Part shown: in pieces, positions 1 to 8,849 of the stretch
Position numbering within the stretch: the first letter of the stretch is position 1
Layout: each line of letters starts with the position of its first letter
DNA from: an uncultured virus (IMG/VR IMGVR_UViG_3300037634_004692)
Taxonomy: Duplodnaviria; Heunggongvirae; Uroviricota; Caudoviricetes
Length of the DNA: 60,151 bases
Virus record (IMG/VR): IMGVR_UViG_3300037634_004692
Direction: 5' to 3' (one strand)
Translations under genes and position numbers: made by a program
Notes under the pieces: generated by a model
Seen by the model: the letters and a program-made list of their open reading frames with translations, nothing else
Told to the model about the DNA's origin: nothing
Database searches by the model: none

Positions 1-64
1 GTAGTCTTGCTGTAGGGTTATATTGTAAATACGGAATTTAAAAGGCCAAGGATTAAATATAAAT

Positions 65-89
65 AAAAAGCCCCAATTAAGGGGCTTTT
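65..89 (-). terminator. Intrinsic terminator closing cassette D
   Basis: AAAAAGCCCC-AATTAA-GGGGCTTTT hairpin with A/T tails; same element at 1907, 5612 and 11322. Confidence 0.85.
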
Positions 90-101
90 GTATTCTTGAG
101 C

Positions 102-152
102 TACTGTACTACTTAAAGATGTTTAAGTAATATTGCTGTTGGACTTAATGCC
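102..152 (-). pseudogene. Orphan 3' end (ALSPTAILLKHL-stop) of a fibre gene
   Basis: 51 bp identical to 11376-11426, the end and 3' flank of the 1051-aa gene; no start codon; lies after the stop of 172..1791. Confidence 0.8.
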
Positions 153-171
153 TTAACATAGACAGTCATAG

Positions 172-1791
172 TTATAGCCCCTTCAATAATAAGGTAGTAG
201 GTGTGACGGCTTTGCCAACCTCGACATTCGGAACAATTGGCGTTGTAGCCAATGTGCCATCGCCCTGAACATAGTAGGTTGAACCAGCCGTTAGTCCTGT
301 TTGGTTGCTGGAGACACCGCCTTGCAATGTAACAGTCGCCGTCTCACCGTCAGCATATGCGTCCGTGGCTAAGCCGATGAAATTATCTGAGGTAAGATTG
401 GTAGTAACTGCTTGCGCATCGAGCTGCCCAACAATCGCTGTGCCGTAATTGTAATTACCCGCATCCGTATAACAAACAACGAACTTGCCACTATCATTAG
501 GGTCAAAGGCTACTGAGTAGACGTAAGTAGCCCCTGAACTCAATACAGCCTCAGAACCAAAGCTAATTGAAGTGCCCGATACTGTACCTACACAAGCTGT
601 ACCATAACTGGAATTACCACCATCCACATAACAAACCACAAACTGTCCAGAGTTATTAGGGTCAAAGGATGCTGACATGTAGTAGGTATACCCTGAATTA
701 AATACAACCTCTGAACCAAAGCTAATGCTTGTGCCAGAGACAGTGCCTACAATAGCTGTACCATAATTGGAATTACCAAAATCCTCATAACAAACCACAA
801 ACTGTCCAGAGTTATTAGGGTCAAAGGCTACTGAGATGGAGCTGGTACCCCCTGTATTAAATACATGTTCAGGACTAAAGCTAATACTCGTACCTGAAAC
901 CGTACCGACAATCGCTGTGCCGTAATTGGAATTATTAGCAGCCGCATAACAAACAACAAACTTACCGCTAGCATTAGGGTCAAAAGATGCTGAGGTGGAC
1001 TGGGCATCCCATGGGTTGAATACAACCTCTGAACCAAAACCAATTGAAGTACCACTTATAGTACCGACAATAGCTGTACCTTTATCGGAATTACCAGTAT
1101 CCCTATAGCAAACAACAAACTTGCCACTATCATTAGGGTCAAAGGTTGCTGAGGTGTACTGGGTACCCCCTGAATTAAATACAGATTCAGAACCAAAGCT
1201 AATGCTTGTACCTGAGATAGTGCCGACACAAGCTTTACCATAACCACTGTGGTCATAACAAACCACAAACTGCCCAGCCGTGTTCGGGTCAAAGGCTGCT
1301 GAGATGTAGTCGTTACCCCCTGAGTTAAATACATATTCAGAGCCAAAGCTAATGCTTGTTCCAGAAACAGTACCTATAATAGCTGTACCTTTATTGGAAT
1401 TGCCTTGATCCTTATAACAAAGAACAAACTGCCCAGCCGTGCTTGGGTCAAAGGCTGCTGACATAGCCCATGCACCCCCTGCGTTAAATACAACCTCAGA
1501 ACCAGCAGGAATACTCTCAGCGAACGATGTAACAATCCCACCAACAGCTTCTATCGTACCGTCTGCTTTAAGAATAACGGGTGCGCCATTAGGCAGTGTG
1601 CCAGTAGCGGTAATGTCAGCGGTATTGCCTGATGAGCCACCTGAGGCATTAGCTACTGCGCCGTCTACATATGCTTTAGTTACTGCGTGGCTGCCTTCAG
1701 TTGGAGTACTATTAACATTCAAGTTGCCTTCGATTATCGAATCTCCATTTGATTTAAATCCAGCATCTATTATAAATTTCTTTTGTGCCAT
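172..1791 (-). CDS. Fibre/receptor-binding protein, cassette D (539 aa): MAQKKF N-terminus fused to one 7-repeat beta-propeller module
   Basis: Start moved to ATG 1791 by identity with the paralogues at 5500 and 11208; seven ~53-aa FDPN..G(K/Q)FVVCY repeats. Confidence 0.8.
   Translation of the reverse strand: MAQKKFIIDAGFKSNGDSIIEGNLNVNSTPTEGSHAVTKAYVDGAVANASGGSSGNTADITATGTLPNGAPVILKADGTIEAVGGIVTSFAESIPAGSEVVFNAGGAWAMSAAFDPSTAGQFVLCYKDQGNSNKGTAIIGTVSGTSISFGSEYVFNSGGNDYISAAFDPNTAGQFVVCYDHSGYGKACVGTISGTSISFGSESVFNSGGTQYTSATFDPNDSGKFVVCYRDTGNSDKGTAIVGTISGTSIGFGSEVVFNPWDAQSTSASFDPNASGKFVVCYAAANNSNYGTAIVGTVSGTSISFSPEHVFNTGGTSSISVAFDPNNSGQFVVCYEDFGNSNYGTAIVGTVSGTSISFGSEVVFNSGYTYYMSASFDPNNSGQFVVCYVDGGNSSYGTACVGTVSGTSISFGSEAVLSSGATYVYSVAFDPNDSGKFVVCYTDAGNYNYGTAIVGQLDAQAVTTNLTSDNFIGLATDAYADGETATVTLQGGVSSNQTGLTAGSTYYVQGDGTLATTPIVPNVEVGKAVTPTTLLLKGL
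430..1500 (-). repeat. Seven ~159-bp coding tandem repeats (propeller blades)
   Basis: GGGTCAAA at 500, 659, 818, 977, 1136, 1286, 1445 (spacing 159, one 150). Confidence 0.9.
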
Positions 1792-1932
1792 ATTATTATG
1801 TTTCCTTATACGTAAAAAACGCATACTAGTGTAAACGCTTATATGATTATTTATGTTGATTTCAGCCCAAATTAACAGATAACATATGATAGTAATTAGC
1901 AGATACAAAAAAGCCCCAATTAAGGGGCTTTT
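1792..1932 (-). promoter_or_regulatory. Conserved cassette junction (terminator, CATAAATA promoter-like motif, small hairpin, RBS), copy 1
   Basis: Near-identical ~140-bp intergenic sequence at 5501-5638 and 11209-11348. Confidence 0.8.
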
Positions 1933-1963
1933 GTTTAGATATTTGATTATTATCTATTTTAGA

Positions 1964-4573
1964 TTATGGTCCTACTATATCTGTACCATCAAATCCAATC
2001 GCGTTGTTACCAAACCCAAACACTGGATTTGTTTGATTAATAACACACGTTCTTGAATCAGATGTTCCACTAGAAGCTACATATAGATATAATCTACAAT
2101 TAAGATCAAGCGTTTGTGGGTAATAGCCACCTATAGTAATAGTGACAGTATTTCCGCTAACAGTCCAAACCACGTCACATTGTAGCCCGGTATACCCATT
2201 AAAATTACCATGACTGTTAGCAGTCGCGAAGCCGCTAGACTCCATCTGCGTAACTGTTGGATAAGAAGAACTCAATTGCAACCAAGGTTGCTGTGAATGT
2301 ACCAAACCATTAGAATATTCAAACCATATATTGCCATAAGGAAACCCTGGATCATTCTGATCAACTATATTTGTAGCACCAAACTGTATGGCGTAATATG
2401 CTGATCCTGGATTAGACGGATGCTGTATAGAAATCGATCCATCCATTGTCAACGGCTTAGATATGTAATATGCTCTGCCTTGTCCTGACCAAGAATGAGG
2501 TGCTGTATTTGTTCCATACATAACTAACGATTCCAACGCGTTAAAGAAACTTAAAGTAAAACTACTTGTCGCTGCTGCTAAATTAAGGCCATCAGAAGCA
2601 GTAAAAGTTATATCAAACGTACCTTCATCCGCAGAATTGGTAGACGGTGTAATCGTAAATACATTATCTGCCTGTGAAACTGTAGCAGAATTGCCTAACG
2701 TACCAGATGTTACAGAATGGCTCCACGTAATAGCCATACCTTCTGGATCGTTAGCAACTAACGTAATAACTGTTGGTGTTCCGTCTGTCGCGAACATATA
2801 AGCAGCATCTGGGCCTTGTGTTATAACTGGGGTTGTATTGACAACAGCAATATTGAACCAGCCCTGAGTAGTATAAATATATAAACTATTATTGGCTACT
2901 ACAAATGCTTGTTCGCCTACCGAATTATCAGACAGTGGTAGATCGTTCAGTGTGTCATAAACTATGACTCCACTACCACTACCACTACTACCACTAGAAC
3001 TCACAGTAGTCTTGTTGATATCAACAATCATAGAAGACGTTGTAATAGCTTTACCAACTGCAATCTCTGTTTCAGTCGTAGTTAACGAACCATTGGTATC
3101 CAGATAATATTGCTGACCCAATGATAAGTTAGATAAACCATCTAGCATTGAACCCGTTGAATTAATAGACACTATTTCAGATGCCGATGCATTGTTTACT
3201 GCGAAACCAATCATTTCACCATTTGCCATGTTGGATGTAATTGATTGATGTGCCGGAGACAAATATGCCTTAAACTCAGGAGCATCATAATTTCTATCAT
3301 AACATATCAAAGTCTTATCATTTAGAAATTTATCAGATGTACCAAACCCATTGCTTATTTGATCTGCCTCAGTTATTATTTCCACAGCACCGGTAGTTAA
3401 ATCGAATATGAATAACTTACCAGTAGAACCATCATGAGCCCTTGCCTTTCGTGAAGTTCCGCCATTGCCAGAACCGTAAACCAATTTTCCATCTTCTGTT
3501 AAAATCACCTCGGTATTATTTTCACCATACGGCTGACTCAAACTATTAGGCTCGTGTGCATTAGTGCTTTGGAATAATATCATATCGCCATTATGTGTCA
3601 ACTCAATTGTATTATCTGTCATCGTATATTGACTACTAACAATTCGGTTTTCACTGAAAGCCGAATTGCTGTTTGGTTTTGCGTGATGAATTACAGAAAA
3701 CTTATATCCATCATATTGATTCAATATTATTCTTAAAACCTCATACTGGCCGCCTCCACTATACTCACTGCCAACAAACTGCGACGCTGACAATACTATT
3801 CCATTAGTTGTGTCAATTACAAATAGTTTAGTCATGTTATTACCATCGAGTGCCAACATTAAAAACTTATCATCTGCAACGTGTTTTTTAATATCATGCG
3901 CAGGGCCTACTACTATTTGCCAGGGTGTTGTTATTGCACAAGTATCATAAGTAATAGTCGCTCCCGATAATAAAAAAGTTTTAAGACCCAATCCTGTCTC
4001 ACCACTAGTCGGATGTCTAGCTTTAAATCCTACTAAAATCTTATTTCCATTTACGGCCATTGTTTTAAACTGGCTTAGTTCTGTGTACTCTCCTAGTTCA
4101 GCAGCGTAATCATCCACCACACACCAATTTCCTGCGGTCATAACATTATTATTATCAATCGTTACCGCGATTACACCATAGCCTGCCCACGTGTTGTCAT
4201 TTGTAACGTTACGAGATCCGAAACAAATAAATGTAGTCGAACTAGCAAATTGAATTTCCGAGATATTGAATGTATGTGTCGAGTCTGTCATACTGATATC
4301 TGAAATGCCACCTTGTGCTTTTGATTTCAGGTAAATAACTGAATCGTCTGCGACAACTACTCTTTCGCCGTCAGGATGTACTCTAATAACAGCATAGTAG
4401 TCATTGATATCCCAAGGCAAATTAGTCTGAGTTGTTGGTAATTGCTGTTTAACATTTGCTGGTATTGCTAAACCGCTATTGCTTACAATTATAGGATCAC
4501 CTGCAGAAATATTGTCTCCTGCTGTCAATGTACTTATCGAATCACTATATCTTATATCTTTATAAATCGTCAT
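1964..4573 (-). CDS. Terminal fibre/receptor-binding protein, cassette C (869 aa): divergent propeller module, Ig/cadherin-like domain, C-terminal domain
   Basis: N-terminal MTIYKDIRY; AGDPI...IGFA...YYL..G.L...VGKA frame; DPEG...FTITP...FTASDG Ig-like motif. Confidence 0.7.
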   Translation of the reverse strand: MTIYKDIRYSDSISTLTAGDNISAGDPIIVSNSGLAIPANVKQQLPTTQTNLPWDINDYYAVIRVHPDGERVVVADDSVIYLKSKAQGGISDISMTDSTHTFNISEIQFASSTTFICFGSRNVTNDNTWAGYGVIAVTIDNNNVMTAGNWCVVDDYAAELGEYTELSQFKTMAVNGNKILVGFKARHPTSGETGLGLKTFLLSGATITYDTCAITTPWQIVVGPAHDIKKHVADDKFLMLALDGNNMTKLFVIDTTNGIVLSASQFVGSEYSGGGQYEVLRIILNQYDGYKFSVIHHAKPNSNSAFSENRIVSSQYTMTDNTIELTHNGDMILFQSTNAHEPNSLSQPYGENNTEVILTEDGKLVYGSGNGGTSRKARAHDGSTGKLFIFDLTTGAVEIITEADQISNGFGTSDKFLNDKTLICYDRNYDAPEFKAYLSPAHQSITSNMANGEMIGFAVNNASASEIVSINSTGSMLDGLSNLSLGQQYYLDTNGSLTTTETEIAVGKAITTSSMIVDINKTTVSSSGSSGSGSGVIVYDTLNDLPLSDNSVGEQAFVVANNSLYIYTTQGWFNIAVVNTTPVITQGPDAAYMFATDGTPTVITLVANDPEGMAITWSHSVTSGTLGNSATVSQADNVFTITPSTNSADEGTFDITFTASDGLNLAAATSSFTLSFFNALESLVMYGTNTAPHSWSGQGRAYYISKPLTMDGSISIQHPSNPGSAYYAIQFGATNIVDQNDPGFPYGNIWFEYSNGLVHSQQPWLQLSSSYPTVTQMESSGFATANSHGNFNGYTGLQCDVVWTVSGNTVTITIGGYYPQTLDLNCRLYLYVASSGTSDSRTCVINQTNPVFGFGNNAIGFDGTDIVGP

Positions 4574-4575
4574 TT

Positions 4576-5061
4576 TTAAATCTCCATTAATAACCAGCCA
4601 TTCGTGCTGTCAAAATAAACAACTGCGAATGCGGCTCTATTTGTAGTAATTGTTAAATCGTCCGTTGCACCTTGGATATTTGCAGTCGATGCTAATATGA
4701 TATTATTAGTCGCTGCATTACCAGTTCCGTCTATTAAACGAACTTCGTCGCCAATAGAAGGCGAACTTGGCAACGTTAGTTGCACTGATGTTGAACTAGT
4801 ATCAACAATATATCTTGTACCAGATACCAATGTTGTGTTAGTTGTGACTGTTTCCCATGATGGAATGCTCGATGCAATTTGTGCATCAACGTATGTAGTA
4901 TCAGCCTTGTCTGCAATTTGTGCATCAACGTATGTAGTATCAGCCTTGTCTGCAATTTGTGCATCAACGTATGTAATATCAGCCTTGTCTGCAATTTGAG
5001 TTGTCACTGTACTTGCTGAATCACCAGTAGTATATCTTATATTTGTATAATTTCTTGTCAT
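4576..5061 (-). CDS. Short linker fibre protein, cassette C (161 aa): NIRY peptide, 13-aa repeats, gp9/gp10-like C-terminal domain
   Basis: MTRNYTNIRY start; three 39-bp repeats (AQIADKADTTYVD); C-terminus IVDTS..LTLP..GD.V..ID..G...NN...G...L....RAAF.VVY...GW. Confidence 0.75.
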   Translation of the reverse strand: MTRNYTNIRYTTGDSASTVTTQIADKADITYVDAQIADKADTTYVDAQIADKADTTYVDAQIASSIPSWETVTTNTTLVSGTRYIVDTSSTSVQLTLPSSPSIGDEVRLIDGTGNAATNNIILASTANIQGATDDLTITTNRAAFAVVYFDSTNGWLLMEI

Positions 5062-5062
5062 T

Positions 5063-5500
5063 TTAAATCTCCGTTAATAACCAGCCATTGGCTTGGTTGT
5101 AATATACTATCGCGAATGCCGCTCGATCAGCTGATATTAATATATTGCCTGCGGCGCCTTGGATATTATCGCTACTAGTTAATGTGATATTATTAGTCGA
5201 TGCATTGCCATCGCCGTCAATTATTCTAACTTCGTCGCCGAACGACGGACTAGACGGCAATGTAACAGTAATAGCTGAACTAGTAGTGTCAATAACATAC
5301 TTTGTATTAGCAGACAATGTAGTATTTGTTGTAACGGTGCTCCAATTTGGAGCACCGTTTGCTACTGCGTCGTCTACATATGCTTTAGTTACTGCGTGGG
5401 TGCCTTCAGTTGGAGTACTATTAACATTCAAGTTGCCTTCGACAATCGAATCACCGTTTGCTTTAAATCCAGCATCTATTATAAATTTCTTTTGTGCCAT
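5063..5500 (-). CDS. Anchor/adaptor protein, cassette C (145 aa)
   Basis: MAQKKFIIDAGF N-terminus, HAVTKAYVD motif, gp9/gp10-like C-terminal domain; near-identical to 10771..11208. Confidence 0.8.
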   Translation of the reverse strand: MAQKKFIIDAGFKANGDSIVEGNLNVNSTPTEGTHAVTKAYVDDAVANGAPNWSTVTTNTTLSANTKYVIDTTSSAITVTLPSSPSFGDEVRIIDGDGNASTNNITLTSSDNIQGAAGNILISADRAAFAIVYYNQANGWLLTEI

Positions 5501-5638
5501 ATTATTATGTTCCTATATGTCAAAACGCATACTAGTGTAAACGCTTATATGATTATTTATGTTGATTTCAGCCCAAATTAACAGATAACATATGATAGTA
5601 ATTAGCAGATACAAAAAAGCCCCAATTAAGGGGCTTTT
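5501..5638 (-). promoter_or_regulatory. Conserved cassette junction, copy 2 (terminator 5612-5638)
   Basis: Same sequence as 1792-1932. Confidence 0.8.
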
Positions 5639-5678
5639 GTATTCTTGAGCTAAATTAAGCTAATTTACTTGTGTCCAT

Positions 5679-5747
5679 TTAAGGGCCAATATAATTAGAG
5701 CCATCGTAGCCAATAGCCCCACTTGCAAAGCCACCCCCAGTCTGAGT
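5679..5747 (-). pseudogene. Orphan 3' end (TQTGGGFASGAIGYDGSNYIGP-stop) of a lost terminal fibre gene
   Basis: Manual translation resembles the C-terminus of the 869-aa protein (QTNPVFGFGNNAIGFDGTDIVGP-stop); in-frame stop at 5760-5762 and no start. Confidence 0.7.
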
Positions 5748-5777
5748 AAGGTGGGTTTTTTATGCTTGCAAATATTA

Positions 5778-8700
5778 TTACAAACTAAGTTTGATAGTTG
5801 TGTCACTTACCGCAAGACCAACTTTAATTGCTGGGCTAGCAGAAGAAGTAGTTATTGAACCATTTTCTTGTACATAATAAATGCTACCAGAAGTCAAATC
5901 AGTATGGGAACTATCCATACCGATCATTAGAACACTCTTAGCATCACCAGTAACGCCGTTTTCTTGTAATACACCAACAATCTTATCAGCATCTAGATTG
6001 GATGAAAGCATTCCATCTAGTTGACCATGAATAACAGAACTAGTTTTTGTAGTTGCATCATATGCAGTATCTGCTCCAACAATTACAAATCTATTATTGC
6101 TATCGATGTCGATAGCATACTGACTAAACTTATCCTTAGCTACAGATATCGGTGCTTCTAATGTAATAGAACTTCCATTAAACGAAAATGGAATCATTTC
6201 TGCATCAAACGTAGTCATTTTAGTGTATGCTAATATACCATATCCATTATTACCAACAGCAGCAGTGTAATAATTAATCAAATCTTCCCCTGCTGGTGCA
6301 TCATTCACTAATGTAGTTGATGAATTAACAGTTATCGTTGTTCCAGATAATACACATGGATATATAGAAATACTATTTGTTACTGACCAATTTCTAGTTC
6401 CTGCAACAACTGCGAATTGAGATTCACTTTCCATTATAATTTTAGTATCTAACATTACATTGGTAGATATCACAGCAGGTGTTCCCATAGTAACCGTACC
6501 GTTTACATACGTTCCGGCAATTACTGCGGTTTTGATAGAAGATGTATAACAAGTCACTACAAATGTATCAAGACTATCTTTGATAAACTCAATTTGCGGA
6601 AGGTCAAAATATTCTGAAACAATTGTACTCAGTGTAGTAATTGATACCGTTGTCCCGTCAACCGTCAATTCGCCAATTTTACCACAATTAGACTGCGATA
6701 TGACTTTAGAAACTAGTAATAACTTATTTTCATTTCCTGGCACAGGTACCATATTAAATGCGTTACTAGTGTACGGTGCTTGCACTGTAGCTCCGAATGA
6801 AATAGTTGAGCCTGCTATTGTGCCTACCGCTGCTTTAAGTAACTGACCATCATAAATCCACGACACTACGAACTTAGTAGACGAATCAGATAGGAATTCT
6901 ATCTTAGCTTTTGAAAAAGCAGAACCACTCTCAAATTCATACGTCGAACCAATCGTAACAATGTTATCACTCAATGTTCCAGAAACAATTTCGCCTTGGC
7001 CAGTGCCCCCATTTCTATAAGTTATAACAAATGTAGAATTATCATTTGACCATGCGACATCAAGACCTGATGCGTGTATCGATTCAAATATTGTAGAATA
7101 CGATGATGAAATATCACTTAGCGTTCCTGTCATAGCAATATTCTCAATTTGACCCAAAGCGTCCAATTGTACTACACTACCAGCAGTAATATCTTCTGCC
7201 AAAGTGAAATCCATATTATGCGTATTCTTTTCTACATCGGAGATTGTCATTTTCAAATTATTACTAGCATATGCCTTACCGACCATTGTATCAGTGACAG
7301 TTGTTGTCAATGAACCATCAGTGTCCATATAATATATTGATCCTGGTGTTAATCCAGTGTATCCTTTATATGTACTACCATCTGCTATAACTTGAATTTC
7401 ATTTCCTGTTGTGCCGGATGTATGTGCTATACCAAATAAATTTGTTTTTGCATCAGCAGTTACAACCGCATTTGTTGAACCCGGAACCAAAGTTAGTAAA
7501 TGGTTATTGTTACTATCTCTAAACTGCCATTTTGATCCCAAATCCGTAACTTTCAAATAGTTAAAATTGCCAGCAATAGGTAAATTAACTACTTCTGTTG
7601 TTCCATCTGCGATATTATATAAAAACGCATTACCTTGATTACCATTAACATCTGTAACTGGGTCATCGGCCAACGCAGGCGCGATTGCAAAAATCTTGGT
7701 GCCATCTGGAGTCAATAATACGTCTTGGTCATTATTACCGAAGCCCTGCTGCCAAGCGTCAGATGAAATATTTTCGTATATAACAGCATTGAATGTGGTA
7801 TCCAATGTTACCGAAAAAGTGCCCGAAACATTATATCTTGTCATTCTTGCACTTTGAGTGTTATTTTCGAGGCCGATCCAACCTATGTATATAATTGAAC
7901 TGTTATTAGGATCTACGAAAATTCTTTGTGGTAACGCTGGGTTGCCGTCTGGTTGCAGAGATGAGCCAGGAGTTATAAAATAAGCGTATGTATGTGTCGT
8001 TTGCAATGTATTATTAGTAATATCTGCTGTCATCATGGTCACTATTCGCATCCCATTTACATCTTTACCGATAACAATAAATTTATCACCTTCTGTTGGA
8101 TGCGGCACAAACGTCGCATGCCACATGGGTGCTATATCATGCGATCCTCCCCATCCATCTGCTGTTGCAGGCGTGGCATGCTTTGTTATAGTATTGCCAG
8201 ATACTGATCCTATCCACCAATATGGCACACCACCGCTCCCAGCAGATGCAAGAATTGTGTCTCCATTTGTTGCTATATAATTATAATCATGATTCAATGG
8301 CATTTGATGCTGTAGCCCAGAAAGTGTCATATTATAATCTGCATCATATTCTAAAATCATCAACGCATCATATTCATTACCACTATTACGACCGCGATGT
8401 GTGACTCTCATCAAAATCTTTTTATCTGCCATAAACTGTATCAGTGTAGGTGTAATAGCTTTACTTGAAGTACTAACAGCAATTGTGCCTTGTAATCCAG
8501 TATCATCATATATATCAATATAATCTTCAGCAGAATGCACCGCATTATGTACATTATAAACTTTACGCCACCCAGCATATTCATTTTTTGTTCCATACTT
8601 ATTATATGCGACATAAGCCGCAGTATCATTAGTCCATACACCTGCTGTGGTAACTGATCCAATAGTTGGATACAATGTTCCGTTTGAATTTATTGATACA

Positions 8701-8846
8701 AGATCACCAGCATTGACATCAGTTGCCAATGCAAATGTTTCAACTGTGCCTGCTAATTCAGGCACTTGAGTTTCTAGTGTACTAGTCATTGATTGTGAAC
8801 TAGTAATACCAGCGTATTTTACTTCATCATAATTAATATCAGACAT
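5778..8846 (-). CDS. Terminal fibre/receptor-binding protein, cassette B (1022 aa), two divergent propeller modules
   Basis: MSDINYDEVKY start; two AG..V...G / GLT.GSIYY...GS....VG.A frames around beta-rich domains. Confidence 0.7.
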   Translation of the reverse strand: MSDINYDEVKYAGITSSQSMTSTLETQVPELAGTVETFALATDVNAGDLVSINSNGTLYPTIGSVTTAGVWTNDTAAYVAYNKYGTKNEYAGWRKVYNVHNAVHSAEDYIDIYDDTGLQGTIAVSTSSKAITPTLIQFMADKKILMRVTHRGRNSGNEYDALMILEYDADYNMTLSGLQHQMPLNHDYNYIATNGDTILASAGSGGVPYWWIGSVSGNTITKHATPATADGWGGSHDIAPMWHATFVPHPTEGDKFIVIGKDVNGMRIVTMMTADITNNTLQTTHTYAYFITPGSSLQPDGNPALPQRIFVDPNNSSIIYIGWIGLENNTQSARMTRYNVSGTFSVTLDTTFNAVIYENISSDAWQQGFGNNDQDVLLTPDGTKIFAIAPALADDPVTDVNGNQGNAFLYNIADGTTEVVNLPIAGNFNYLKVTDLGSKWQFRDSNNNHLLTLVPGSTNAVVTADAKTNLFGIAHTSGTTGNEIQVIADGSTYKGYTGLTPGSIYYMDTDGSLTTTVTDTMVGKAYASNNLKMTISDVEKNTHNMDFTLAEDITAGSVVQLDALGQIENIAMTGTLSDISSSYSTIFESIHASGLDVAWSNDNSTFVITYRNGGTGQGEIVSGTLSDNIVTIGSTYEFESGSAFSKAKIEFLSDSSTKFVVSWIYDGQLLKAAVGTIAGSTISFGATVQAPYTSNAFNMVPVPGNENKLLLVSKVISQSNCGKIGELTVDGTTVSITTLSTIVSEYFDLPQIEFIKDSLDTFVVTCYTSSIKTAVIAGTYVNGTVTMGTPAVISTNVMLDTKIIMESESQFAVVAGTRNWSVTNSISIYPCVLSGTTITVNSSTTLVNDAPAGEDLINYYTAAVGNNGYGILAYTKMTTFDAEMIPFSFNGSSITLEAPISVAKDKFSQYAIDIDSNNRFVIVGADTAYDATTKTSSVIHGQLDGMLSSNLDADKIVGVLQENGVTGDAKSVLMIGMDSSHTDLTSGSIYYVQENGSITTSSASPAIKVGLAVSDTTIKLSL

Positions 8847-8849
8847 TTA

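Larger units (their letters stand above)
5030..5663. repeat. ~630-bp direct repeat with 10739-11372
   Basis: Covers the MTRNYTNIRY start, the whole anchor gene and the intergenic element in both copies. Confidence 0.85.

Noticed and set aside
1792..1908. N-terminal extensions on the 578-aa and 155-aa track ORFs
   Set aside because: They run through the conserved non-coding junction; paralogues start at MAQKKF
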